Numbered from the stretch's first letter, positions 29,314-38,212 are shown. The stretch: DNA of 64,000 nt from Chitinophagaceae bacterium (GCA_017495115.1 JAFEIJ010000045.1:18884-82883), one strand, 5' to 3'. The notes: generated by a model not told the origin, from the sequence alone. Made by a program: numbers and translations.

Positions 29314-29574
29314 TTAAATAAAAGGATTAATAAAGTCTTTTATTAAGTTTATAATAAAGTCTTTTGATTTTTTATTTTTTAAATATGTTTCGTAATTCAT
29401 GGATTTCGCTCTAGTTTCAAACTCTTTAAAGTAAACAATTTTCCATGGTTTGAAAGCTTTCGTTGAATGAACGTATCCATTATTGTGTCTTAAAATTCTT
29501 TTAATTAAATCATTTGTTTGTCCGATATAAAAACGGTCAAATTTTTCAGAATAAAGGATATAAGTGAAAAACAT
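29314..29574 (-). CDS. GIY-YIG nuclease-family protein (YhbQ/UPF0213-like, 86 aa), copy B, intact
   Basis: The GIY-YIG core reads YILYS...FYIGQTNDL..R...HN, followed by KEFETRAKSMNYETYLK. The ATG lies 23 nt after the terminator hairpin. Confidence 0.75.
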   Translation of the reverse strand: MFFTYILYSEKFDRFYIGQTNDLIKRILRHNNGYVHSTKAFKPWKIVYFKEFETRAKSMNYETYLKNKKSKDFIINLIKDFINPFI

Positions 29575-29705
29575 AGAAAGATAGAATCTACTAAAAACAA
29601 AAAAAGACTTACCGAAGTAAGTCTTTTTGTACCCCGGGCGGGACTTGAACCCGCACGGACATTACTGCCCACAGGATTTTAAGTCCTGCGTGTCTACCAA
29701 TTCCA
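29401..29705. repeat. Direct repeat copy B (within intact GIY-YIG + terminator + tRNA-Leu)
   Basis: This is the partner of 29003-29309; see that entry. Confidence 0.9.
29598..29628 (-). terminator. Rho-independent terminator after tRNA-Leu (copy B)
   Basis: Same hairpin as copy A, followed on the minus strand by TTTTTTTG. Confidence 0.7.
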
Positions 29706-29715
29706 CCACCAGGGT
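29630..29715 (-). tRNA. tRNA-Leu (anticodon UAA), class II with long variable arm
   Basis: Manual cloverleaf. The acceptor ACCCTGG/CCGGGGT contains one G-U pair. The anticodon stem is CAGGA/TCCTG with loop CTTAAAA, and the T-arm is GCGGG-TTCAAGT-CCCGC. The discriminator is A and CCA is not encoded. Confidence 0.85.
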
Positions 29716-29731
29716 ATAGGTGTCTTTTGTG

Positions 29732-29807
29732 TGGAGCGAAAGACGAGATTCGAACTCGCGACCCCAACCTTGGCAAGGTTGTGCTCTACCAGCTGAGCTA
29801 CTTTCGC
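29732..29807 (-). tRNA. tRNA-Gly (anticodon GCC), CCA encoded
   Basis: The sequence is GCGAAAGTAGCTCAGCTGGTAGAGCACAACCTTGCCAAGGTTGGGGTCGCGAGTTCGAATCTCGTCTTTCGCTCCA, which forms a canonical cloverleaf. Confidence 0.9.
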
Positions 29808-29829
29808 ATTTTTTTAACAAAAACGAGTG

Positions 29830-29837
29830 CAAATTTA
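29830..29837 (-). promoter_or_regulatory. -7 promoter box (TAAATTTGcactc) upstream of tRNA-Gly/tRNA-Leu
   Basis: The TAnnTTTG match lies 23 nt upstream of the tRNA-Gly 5' end. Confidence 0.45.
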
Positions 29838-29885
29838 AAAGAAAAAATTAAAATGCAATGTTTTTTTTATTTTACAAAATAATTG

Positions 29886-29956
29886 AGGTCGAGAGCGGAT
29901 TCGAACCGCTGTACAAGCTTTTGCAGAGCTCTGCCTAGCCACTCGGCCACCCGACC
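29886..29956 (-). tRNA. tRNA-Cys (anticodon GCA)
   Basis: The acceptor is GGTCGGG/CTCGACC and the anticodon arm is GAGCT-CTGCAAA-AGCTT. The T-arm is AGCGG-TTCGAAT-CCGCT, the variable loop is short, and CCA is not encoded. Confidence 0.85.
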
Positions 29957-29993
29957 TTAATATTTTAAAAGAACGCTTTTCAAATTAGGAGTG

Positions 29994-30001
29994 CAAATAT
30001 A
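29994..30001 (-). promoter_or_regulatory. -7 promoter box (TATATTTGcactc) upstream of tRNA-Cys
   Basis: The TAnnTTTG match lies ~38 nt upstream of the tRNA-Cys 5' end. Confidence 0.45.
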
Positions 30002-30032
30002 AAACTATTTTTAACTATGCGTAGTTTTTTTT

Positions 30033-30040
30033 TAAATTTG
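30033..30040 (+). promoter_or_regulatory. -7 promoter box (TAAATTTGcactt) upstream of mrdA
   Basis: The TAnnTTTG match lies 30 nt before the ATG, divergent from the tRNA promoter. Confidence 0.45.
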
Positions 30041-30069
30041 CACTTCAATTTTATATATATAATTTAAAA

Positions 30070-31932
30070 ATGCAAGATATTTTTTCTTCACGAAAGCTTT
30101 TTATTCAAGCAGTTATATTAATAGCTTGCATTGTTTTTATATTAAAATTATTTTATCTTCAAGTTATCGACTCTGGGTATCGAGAAAAAAGTAATGAAAA
30201 TGCCATCAAAGAACTCATCGTTTATCCTCCAAGAGGACAAATTTTTGATCGAAATTCTAAATTAATTGTGCATAATGAAAACTTATTTGATATTATGGTT
30301 ACTTATAATGAAGTTCCTAAAAATATTGATTCTATAAGACTTTGCGAGTATCTTGGTATTGATATGGAATATTATCAAGAGCAAATGAAAAAAGCAAAAA
30401 AACAATCGAGATATAAAGAGTTTCAGTTTTTAAAACAAGTCTCTATAGAAACCTATAATCGTTTTCAAGAACATATTCATAAATTTAAAGGATTTTATGG
30501 TCAAAGCCGTTTTATAAGAAATTATCCCGATTCCTCTGCTGCATTAATTCTTGGAGATATTGGAGAAGTGGACAGTTCACAAATTAAGGCTAGCGAGGAT
30601 TACGTTTATCTTAGTGGAGAGTATATTGGGAAAAATGGCTTGGAACAAAGTTATGAAAAATATTTGAGAGGTCAACGTGGAGTTAAAACCGTTATGGTTG
30701 ATGCATTTGGAAGAGTATTAGGTAGTTTTTCGGAAGGGCAATATGATAAAAAATCTAAAGCGGGAGATGATTTGATTTCTACTTTAGATGTTGAATTGCA
30801 AAAGTTTGGTGAAGCATTGCTAACAAATAAAAAAGGAAGCATTGTAGCTATAGAGCCCAATACGGGAGAGATTTTAGCTTTATGTAGCGGGCCAACATAT
30901 GATCCGAATATATTAAAAGGCAAAATTCGGGGTGAAAATTATGCTAAGTTAGTACGAAATAAAAATAAACCATTATTGAATAGAGCTATTCAGGGCGTAT
31001 ATCCACCAGGTTCTATTTTTAAGGCTGCTGTAGCTTTGGTTGCACTTCAAATGCGCGCGATAGATATTAACTTTACGTATTATTGCCCTGGTTATTATCC
31101 TATCGGAGCCAAAAGGCTTAAGTGTTCTCATGGCCATCCAGCATGTAAAAATGTGATGGAGGCGCTTATGCATTCTTGTAATCCTTATTTTTGTCAAACG
31201 TTTAGAAATTCAATTGATGTAGATAATGCTAAATCTATAGCTTTAGATTACAGCAAATGGTATAAAAATATGATGCGTTTTGGGTTGAATCAAAAATTAG
31301 GATTGGATATAAAAAATGAAAAGAAAGGGAATCTTCCGGACACTGGATTTTATAATCGAATGTATAGAAAGTCTTGGAAACCAACTACTATCATTTCACT
31401 TGGAATTGGTCAAGGTGAAGTTTTGATGACACCGCTTCAAATGGCAAATACATATGCAACTATTGCTAATCGAGGTTATTATATCGTTCCTCATCTGGTT
31501 AAAAATATTGTTAAAGATGGTGTAAAGTATAAAAATCCGAGTATAAAAAAAGTCATGGTGCCCATCGAACAAAGTAAATATAATGCCGTAATCGATGGTT
31601 TGGAGCGCGTTGTGGTTTCTGGAACAGCAAGAAGTTCTAAAATAGAAGGGATTTCTTTGTGTGGAAAAACTGGTACTGCTCAAAATCCCCATGGAAATGA
31701 TCACTCTATTTTTGTAGGATTTGCCCCAAAAGATAATCCAAAAATCGTAGTAGCTTGTGTGGTAGAAAATGCAGGAAGTGGTGGTGGTACTGCGGGCCCA
31801 ATTGTGAGCTTAATTTGTGAAAAATATATCAAAAAGAAATTAAGTCCTGCTCGTGAAGCTACATTTCAAATGATAAAAAATCGTCATATTATAAAATTTA
31901 ATTTAGATGAAGACATCGTCGATAGTCAATAA
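30070..31932 (+). CDS. mrdA: Penicillin-binding protein 2 (elongasome transpeptidase)
   Basis: An N-terminal membrane anchor and PBP dimerisation domain precede the transpeptidase motifs. Those motifs are PGSIFK (SxxK), HSCN (SxN) and CGKTGTA (KTG). Confidence 0.9.
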   Translation: MQDIFSSRKLFIQAVILIACIVFILKLFYLQVIDSGYREKSNENAIKELIVYPPRGQIFDRNSKLIVHNENLFDIMVTYNEVPKNIDSIRLCEYLGIDMEYYQEQMKKAKKQSRYKEFQFLKQVSIETYNRFQEHIHKFKGFYGQSRFIRNYPDSSAALILGDIGEVDSSQIKASEDYVYLSGEYIGKNGLEQSYEKYLRGQRGVKTVMVDAFGRVLGSFSEGQYDKKSKAGDDLISTLDVELQKFGEALLTNKKGSIVAIEPNTGEILALCSGPTYDPNILKGKIRGENYAKLVRNKNKPLLNRAIQGVYPPGSIFKAAVALVALQMRAIDINFTYYCPGYYPIGAKRLKCSHGHPACKNVMEALMHSCNPYFCQTFRNSIDVDNAKSIALDYSKWYKNMMRFGLNQKLGLDIKNEKKGNLPDTGFYNRMYRKSWKPTTIISLGIGQGEVLMTPLQMANTYATIANRGYYIVPHLVKNIVKDGVKYKNPSIKKVMVPIEQSKYNAVIDGLERVVVSGTARSSKIEGISLCGKTGTAQNPHGNDHSIFVGFAPKDNPKIVVACVVENAGSGGGTAGPIVSLICEKYIKKKLSPAREATFQMIKNRHIIKFNLDEDIVDSQ

Positions 31933-33175
31933 AATTGATTGGCAATTAACAATTGCATATTTAATTCTTATGTTTTTTGGCTGGATAGCAGTATACTCTG
32001 CTGCTTATAATGCCGATCATCCAAATATATTTGACTTCAAAATGACCTATGGAAAACAATTTGTTTGGATTGTAGTGAGTTTGATTATTGGATTTCTAAT
32101 TATTAATTTAAGTTCTAGGCTTTTTAGTGCTTTTGCAAATGTGTACTATGTGATTACAATACTGCTTCTTATTTTACTATTATTTTTTGGTAAAGAAGTC
32201 AATGGAAATAGGGCATGGTTTGATCTCGGTTTTTTTAGATTGCAACCATCGGAGTTCTCAAAAATATCAACCGCTTTAGTTTTATCTAGTTTATTAAGTA
32301 ATGTAGATTTTAATCTCCAAAAAAAATCAAATATTATTTTATCAGCACTTATCATTTTTGTGCCTTTTGTATTAGTAGCTACTCATGATACAGGTTCTTC
32401 ACTTGTGTTTTTATCCTTTATACTTTTACTTTATCGCTTTGGGCTTTCCGCTTGGATTGTTTATGTAAGTATGTATCTACTTTTTTTATCCATAATTTCT
32501 TTAATTTTTCCTTTTTATTATATTGTAATTGCTATAAGTTTAATTATTATTTCCGTAGTTTTTTATCTTCGAAGACGAAAAGAAATAAGGCAAATTCTTG
32601 CATTTTCAATGCTTTTCATTATTATTTCTGGATTTTATAGTTATTCAATTGATTTTACATTTGATAAATTAAAAAAACATCAACAAGATCGTATTCGGGT
32701 TATGCTCGGTCAGGATCGAGATGACGAAGGGCGTTTATTAAATGTGCATCAAGTCAAACAAAGCACCATCGCTATAGGTGCAGGGCAATTTTTAGGAAAA
32801 GGATTTTTAAATGGTACGCAATCTAAAGGTAGCTTTCTTCCGGCTAAAGACACGGATACAATTTTTTGTACTATAGGTGAAGAGTTTGGATTTGTGGGCT
32901 CTATTTTAGTGATTGCTCTTTATGTTTTTATCATGTTTCGTATTATGCATTTGGCCGAAAAGCAAAAGTCTAAGTTTTCTAAAGTATATGGATATGCTAT
33001 AGTTTGTATTTTTGCCATTCATTTTATAATAAATATTGGAATGACTTTGCGTGTGATGCCTGTAATTGGTATTCCTCTTCCTGCCCTGAGTTATGGCGGA
33101 TCTTCTTTAATTGCATTTACAATTTTGATTTTTTCTTTTATCAAAATGGATAGCGAAAAATGGATATATGCATAA
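31907..33175 (+). CDS. rodA: Rod shape-determining protein RodA (SEDS family)
   Basis: Polytopic membrane protein with SEDS motifs: RLQPSEFSKI, DTGSSLVF, LPAKDTDTIFCTIGEEFGF and IGIPLPALSYGGSS. Confidence 0.9.
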   Translation: MKTSSIVNKIDWQLTIAYLILMFFGWIAVYSAAYNADHPNIFDFKMTYGKQFVWIVVSLIIGFLIINLSSRLFSAFANVYYVITILLLILLLFFGKEVNGNRAWFDLGFFRLQPSEFSKISTALVLSSLLSNVDFNLQKKSNIILSALIIFVPFVLVATHDTGSSLVFLSFILLLYRFGLSAWIVYVSMYLLFLSIISLIFPFYYIVIAISLIIISVVFYLRRRKEIRQILAFSMLFIIISGFYSYSIDFTFDKLKKHQQDRIRVMLGQDRDDEGRLLNVHQVKQSTIAIGAGQFLGKGFLNGTQSKGSFLPAKDTDTIFCTIGEEFGFVGSILVIALYVFIMFRIMHLAEKQKSKFSKVYGYAIVCIFAIHFIINIGMTLRVMPVIGIPLPALSYGGSSLIAFTILIFSFIKMDSEKWIYA

Positions 33176-34016
33176 TTTTATTATATTAACGCGCTCTTTT
33201 TTAGCTGAAATACGCATTTTTAATCTATTAATGATATTTTCGGCACAATGGATTATTGGATATAGCATGCAGTTTGAAGCATTTAATCAATCTTACTATT
33301 CAAGTATTTTTATTATCATTTTTGGAACCATACTCATTACTGCTGCAGGTTATTTGCAAAATAATTTGTTGGATCTTAAATTGGACATGGAGTGTAAAAA
33401 AAAGGAGCGCTTTTTTTTATTGCATTTTGCTAAATCTTCAATAAAAATTATTTTTCTTCTTTATATAATTGGGATTTCTTTGATCGCCTTTTATTCATTT
33501 TCAATAACGAATTATTCCGTTTTATTGATTTCAATTCTTAGCGTTTTACTTTTAAATCTTTATAATCTTTATTTAAAAAAAATTGTATTTATTGGAAATA
33601 TTGCAGTTGCTCTACTTTGTATATTTTCAATCATCATTATTTATAAGATCTTTCCAATTCATGAAGGAAAAATAAATTTCTTTCAAAATCCTGTGTTGTT
33701 ATTTGTTGGTTTTTATTCCTATTTAAGAGAATTTGTGAAAGACTTTGAAGATCAAAAATGTGATGCACAATTTGGATATAAAACATTCCCTATTCTCATC
33801 TCAGAAAAAAATAGCTTTATCTATTTCGCATCGCTATCATTTCTTTTTGTTACGTACCTAATTTTTGATGAATTTAAACTTGAAATTATTGGATTTCTTG
33901 CTGTTTATCATATAATTTTATTATATTTTTTTTATAATAAGGATTATAGTAAAGTAAGTGTACTACTTAAAATATTATTCTTAATTGGTATTGTTTTTAT
34001 TTGGAACGCTTTATAA
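33168..34016 (+). CDS. UbiA-superfamily prenyltransferase (DGGGPS-like motifs)
   Basis: About 8 predicted TM helices. The first Asp-rich motif is NNLLDLKLD (NxxxDxxxD). The second is KDFEDQKCDAQFGYKTFPI (DxxDxxxD...G.KT.PI). The ATG overlaps the rodA stop (ATGCATAA). Confidence 0.6.
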   Translation: MHNFIILTRSFLAEIRIFNLLMIFSAQWIIGYSMQFEAFNQSYYSSIFIIIFGTILITAAGYLQNNLLDLKLDMECKKKERFFLLHFAKSSIKIIFLLYIIGISLIAFYSFSITNYSVLLISILSVLLLNLYNLYLKKIVFIGNIAVALLCIFSIIIIYKIFPIHEGKINFFQNPVLLFVGFYSYLREFVKDFEDQKCDAQFGYKTFPILISEKNSFIYFASLSFLFVTYLIFDEFKLEIIGFLAVYHIILLYFFYNKDYSKVSVLLKILFLIGIVFIWNAL

Positions 34017-34961
34017 AACAGCATTAGCAATTTTTACAATGCTCTCACTTCTGCTCATCGTATAGTAATGTAATGACGGAACTCCTGCCGCTTTTAGCTC
34101 CATACTTTGCGCAATACACCATTCTATTCCTACTTTTTGAATATCTTCATTAGTTTTACATCGTTCCAATTCTTTGGTTAAATCTTCAGGTAAATCCACA
34201 AAGAAATGCGAAGGAATTGAATTGATTTGTCTTTTGAATTCAATAGGTTTAAGTCCTGGAATAATTGGAACATTTATCCCCATTTCTCTACATTTCTCAA
34301 CAAAATTAAAATATTTTTTGTTATCAAAAAACATTTGAGTCACGACATAATCTGCGCCTAAATCTACTTTATGCTTTAGCCATTTTAAGTCGGTATTTAA
34401 GTTTGGCGCCATAAAATGTTTTTCGGGGTATCCTGCTACTCCTATACAAAAATCCGTTTCCATTTCGTTTATTGTTTCTTCATGAAGAAACTTGCCACGA
34501 TTCATATTTGCTACTTGCTCTACCAATTCGCTTGCATAATTGTGAGACTTGTTTTTTTGAATTTGTATATTATTCTTCGTGTCTCCTTTTAAAATCAATA
34601 CATTTTCAATACCTTGATAATACAAAGAAAAAAGAGCGTCTTCGGTTTCTTCTTTAGAGAATCCTACACAAACTAAATGCGGTACGGTTTCTACATCGTA
34701 TTTATATGATATTGCCGCACAAATCCCTACTGTTCCGGGTCTTTTACGCAAAGGCGCTTCTTCAATTAATCCATCGGCTCTTCTTTTATAAATCATCTCT
34801 TCAGGATGGTATGTAACATCTATAAATGCAGGCTTAAATTCCATTAGTGGATCTAATACTTCAAATAAATCATTAATTTTTTTACCCTTCTGTGGAGGTA
34901 AAATTTCTAAAGAAAATTGCGTTTTTCCATTCGCATTTTTAAGTTTATCTACTATTTTCAT
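34011..34961 (-). CDS. metF: Methylenetetrahydrofolate reductase
   Basis: FSLEILPP, FIDVTYH, the GDTKNN region and GADYVVTQMFFD fit the MetF family. Confidence 0.9.
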   Translation of the reverse strand: MKIVDKLKNANGKTQFSLEILPPQKGKKINDLFEVLDPLMEFKPAFIDVTYHPEEMIYKRRADGLIEEAPLRKRPGTVGICAAISYKYDVETVPHLVCVGFSKEETEDALFSLYYQGIENVLILKGDTKNNIQIQKNKSHNYASELVEQVANMNRGKFLHEETINEMETDFCIGVAGYPEKHFMAPNLNTDLKWLKHKVDLGADYVVTQMFFDNKKYFNFVEKCREMGINVPIIPGLKPIEFKRQINSIPSHFFVDLPEDLTKELERCKTNEDIQKVGIEWCIAQSMELKAAGVPSLHYYTMSRSESIVKIANAVL

Positions 34962-35056
34962 TTATCCAAAATATTTGCAAATATAGTTAAATTTAAATTT
35001 TTACACTTTTAATTTGATTAAATCAAACAAACGTTTGGTAAATTAAAAAAATATAG

Positions 35057-35064
35057 TATCTTTG
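35057..35064 (+). promoter_or_regulatory. -7 promoter box (TAnnTTTG) upstream of thiolase gene
   Basis: TATCTTTG lies 23 nt before the ATG at 35087. Confidence 0.45.
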
Positions 35065-35086
35065 TGTCAAAATAAAATTGAAATTT

Positions 35087-36268
35087 ATGAGCCAAAATGC
35101 ATATATAATAAAAGGATTTCGAACAGCAGTAGGAAAAGCGCAAAAAGGTGGCTTTCGTTTTACAAGTCCTGTAGATTTAGCCAGTGAGGTGATTAATCAT
35201 ATTTTAGCGACAACGCCCGAATTAGACCCGAAAGATGTTGATGATTTGATTGTAGGTAATGCGGTGCCCGAAGCAGAGCAAGGTTTGCAAATGGCAAGAT
35301 GGATTTCGGTGCGCTCTAATCTTCCGATGAATGTCAGTGGCGTTACGGTGAATCGATATTGTGGTAGTGGTGTTGAAACTATTGCCATGGCGATTGGTAA
35401 AATTCAAGCGGGTTTTGCGGATATTATTATAGCAGGTGGAACGGAAAGTATGAGTTTGGTACCAACAATGGGTTATAAAACGGTTCCAAATTATGAAATC
35501 GCAAAAGAACATCCTGACTATTTTATTGGTATGGGCTTAACCGCCGAAGAATTGGCGGTAAAATATAATATTAGAAGAGAAGAAGCCGATCAATTTGCGT
35601 ATGAGTCGCATCAAAAAGCAATTCAAGCTATTGCTTCGGGTAAATTTAAGGATGAAATTGTGCCTGTTGAAATTGAAGAAATTTATTTTGATGGCAAAAA
35701 AAGACAAAAGCGAACTTTTTTGGTAGATACCGATGAAGGTCCACGAGCGGATACCAGCTTTGAAGCATTGAGTAAATTGAAACCTGTTTTTAAACAAGGT
35801 GGACAAGTAACCGCAGGAAATGCTTCGCAAACCAGTGATGGTGCAAGTTTTGTTTTAGTGGTTAGTGAACGGAAATTAAAAGAACTAGGATTAACTCCTA
35901 TTGCGCGAATGGCTGCTTATGCTTCTGTTGGGGTAAGCCCAAGATATATGGGAATTGGGCCTGTGGAAGCCATTCCGATGGCATTAAAACAAGCAGGACT
36001 CAAATTAAGTGACCTTCATTTAATTGAGCTAAACGAAGCTTTTGCCACGCAAAGTTTGGCCGTATTGCAAAATATTCCAGATATAGATCGAAGTATTGTG
36101 AACGTCAATGGGGGTGCTATTGCTTTGGGGCATCCATTAGGTTGTAGCGGGGCTAAACTTTCGGTACAATTATTTAATGAACTCAAACGCAGAAATCAAA
36201 AATATGGAATGGTTACCGCTTGCGTAGGTGGCGGACAAGGAGTTGCTGGAATTTATGAAATGTTGTAA
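35087..36268 (+). CDS. Acetyl-CoA C-acyltransferase (thiolase)
   Basis: The active-site Cys context is [12 protein letters not shown] and the C-terminal motifs are NEAFATQ and [17 protein letters not shown]. The ATG at 35087 is preferred to the TTG at 35078 given the promoter position. Confidence 0.9.
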   Translation: MSQNAYIIKGFRTAVGKAQKGGFRFTSPVDLASEVINHILATTPELDPKDVDDLIVGNAVPEAEQGLQMARWISVRSNLPMNVSGVTVNRYCGSGVETIAMAIGKIQAGFADIIIAGGTESMSLVPTMGYKTVPNYEIAKEHPDYFIGMGLTAEELAVKYNIRREEADQFAYESHQKAIQAIASGKFKDEIVPVEIEEIYFDGKKRQKRTFLVDTDEGPRADTSFEALSKLKPVFKQGGQVTAGNASQTSDGASFVLVVSERKLKELGLTPIARMAAYASVGVSPRYMGIGPVEAIPMALKQAGLKLSDLHLIELNEAFATQSLAVLQNIPDIDRSIVNVNGGAIALGHPLGCSGAKLSVQLFNELKRRNQKYGMVTACVGGGQGVAGIYEML

Positions 36269-36278
36269 TCAACTGAAT

Positions 36279-37202
36279 TTAAACCGCACTTCTATTTTGT
36301 GCTAGTAAAAAAGTAACGGCCATACGAACTGCAACGCCATTTTCTACTTGATCTAAAATAATAGATTGATCGCTGTCGGCTACATCCGTACTAATTTCTA
36401 CACCTCTGTTGATAGGACCTGGGTGCATGATAACGGTATCTTTCCCAAAGGTATCTAACATTTCTTTATTAATTCCAAAATGTTTGGCATATTCGTTTAA
36501 TGATGGAAAATAAGGCGCGTCGGCGCGCTCCATCTGGATTCTTAATACGTTAGCAACATTTGCCCATTCTAAAGTACTTTTCACGTCGTAGCTTACGCTT
36601 ACACCCAATGCTTCAATTCCTTTAGGAATTAAGGTTGGAGGACCGCATAATCTGACGTTTGCGCCTAACTTAGTAAGACAAAAAATATTGGAAAGTGCTA
36701 CTCTCGAATGAATGATATCGCCAATAATTGCTACATTAAGTCCTTTAAACGAATTGAATTTTTCGCGTATCGAAAACGCATCTAAAAGTGCTTGCGTTGG
36801 ATGTTCGTGCGTGCCGTCTCCAGCATTAATGATGCTGGCATCAATGTGTTTTGATAAAAAGATCGGTACACCAGGGCTCGAATGTCGAATCACAACCATA
36901 TCTACTTTCATCGATAAAATATTATGAACCGTGTCTAATAAAGTTTCTCCTTTTTTTACCGAAGAGTTTGATGCTGAAAAGTTGAGGACATCCGCTGAAA
37001 GTCGCTTTTGGGCTAATTCAAAGGATAATTTGGTACGAGTACTGTTTTCAAAAAATAAATTGGCAATAGTAATATCTCTTAAACTAGGAACTTTTTTTAT
37101 CGGGCGGTTTATAATTTCTTTAAACTGAACGGCTTGGTCTAAAATAGTTAAAATTTCTTCGGCCTCTAATGTTTTTATTCCTAATAAATGTTTATGATTC
37201 AT
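36279..37202 (-). CDS. pyrB: Aspartate carbamoyltransferase catalytic subunit
   Basis: FFENSTRTKLSFE, HPTQALLD and MHPGPINRGVE are present. Confidence 0.95.
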   Translation of the reverse strand: MNHKHLLGIKTLEAEEILTILDQAVQFKEIINRPIKKVPSLRDITIANLFFENSTRTKLSFELAQKRLSADVLNFSASNSSVKKGETLLDTVHNILSMKVDMVVIRHSSPGVPIFLSKHIDASIINAGDGTHEHPTQALLDAFSIREKFNSFKGLNVAIIGDIIHSRVALSNIFCLTKLGANVRLCGPPTLIPKGIEALGVSVSYDVKSTLEWANVANVLRIQMERADAPYFPSLNEYAKHFGINKEMLDTFGKDTVIMHPGPINRGVEISTDVADSDQSIILDQVENGVAVRMAVTFLLAQNRSAV

Positions 37203-37205
37203 AAT

Positions 37206-37781
37206 TTAGGGTTCTTGCGATGGGTGATTCGTTTGAGTGAGATATACAATGCTTTCTTCAATTGGATTTTGAAGCGATACATTTACTTTTTCGGAGTCAA
37301 TGGAATCGATTGTTTTTCCAACATATTTAGCTTGAATCGGCATATGACGATGCAATTTTCTATCAATTAATACAAGCAATTCGATGTCGCGAGGTCTTCC
37401 GTAGTCGACTAAAGCATCTAAAGCCGAACGAATACTTCTACCTGTAAAAAGCACATCATCAATCAAAATAATATTTTTATTTTCGATATTATGAGGCATT
37501 TTATTTTCAGAAAGTGTTTGAATAGAGTTTTTTAAATGTAAATCATCGCGATACAACGAGTGGTCTAAAATACCAAAATCAATTTCTTTTTGTAATTTTT
37601 GAGAAATAATTTGATGTAGCATTTTTGCTAAAAGAATTCCTCTTGGTTGAAGACCTACAATAATTGAATTGGAAAAATCATTATGATTTTCAATTAATTG
37701 GTAAGCCAACCGATGAATGGTAAGTTTTAATTGGTTGGAATTTAAAATTATTTTTGGCTCCAATTTTATTGATTTAGCCAT
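37206..37781 (-). CDS. pyrR: Bifunctional pyr operon regulator / uracil phosphoribosyltransferase PyrR
   Basis: The PRPP-binding motif is NIILIDDVLFTGRS. The gene has PyrR length, and its stop lies 3 nt upstream of the pyrB start. Confidence 0.88.
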   Translation of the reverse strand: MAKSIKLEPKIILNSNQLKLTIHRLAYQLIENHNDFSNSIIVGLQPRGILLAKMLHQIISQKLQKEIDFGILDHSLYRDDLHLKNSIQTLSENKMPHNIENKNIILIDDVLFTGRSIRSALDALVDYGRPRDIELLVLIDRKLHRHMPIQAKYVGKTIDSIDSEKVNVSLQNPIEESIVYLTQTNHPSQEP

Positions 37782-38212
37782 TTATTAAAAGGAATTCGAG
37801 ATAAAATCAAAACAAAACTGATTGCGTAAAAAATTAAATTCGTTTTATTACGAAATGCGTCATCTTGATTTTTCTTAATTTTAATATATCCAATAGACAA
37901 AATTACAATTGCAATAATATTTGTAAATGGATGTTCGATAAACATGTTTCGCAAATCGCTATTTCCCATGATTTCTCCCATTCTTCCAAAAATTGTAGTA
38001 CCTCCAAGCACTACCCAGTAGCAAATACCCAATAAAAGTTGAATGTGTGAGGCAATAAATGCGGATTTGGCTAATGTAAATTGTGTATCCGTGTATGCTT
38101 TTTTACTAAAGAATCCAATAACTGCGTATACAATGGATATTAAAGTCGTCACAATAAAAACATATGCAAAAAAGGAGTGTAAATTGGCAAAAAACGATAT
38201 AAAATTATTCAT
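37766..38212 (-). CDS. Hypothetical integral membrane protein (4 predicted TM helices)
   Basis: 148-aa hydrophobic ORF overlapping the pyrR start by 16 nt. No recognised family. Confidence 0.5.
   Translation of the reverse strand: MNNFISFFANLHSFFAYVFIVTTLISIVYAVIGFFSKKAYTDTQFTLAKSAFIASHIQLLLGICYWVVLGGTTIFGRMGEIMGNSDLRNMFIEHPFTNIIAIVILSIGYIKIKKNQDDAFRNKTNLIFYAISFVLILSRIPFNKWLNQ

Noticed and set aside
28888-29317. Track ORFs 28888-29082 (-), 29107-29304 (-) and 29120-29317 (+) in the GIY-YIG/tRNA region.
   Set aside because: They run through the terminator hairpin and the tRNA-Leu fragment, or overlap the GIY-YIG frame out of phase. The GIY-YIG frame is the only one with a conserved motif.
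34962-35077. Possible riboswitches or leaders upstream of metF. The regions upstream of folD (39148-39247), pyrG (26581-26677) and the TonB receptor (7819-8057) were also examined.
   Set aside because: The spacers are short and AT-rich. They lack the conserved cores of the SAM, THF or cobalamin (B12-box) riboswitches, and only promoter-like boxes are visible.
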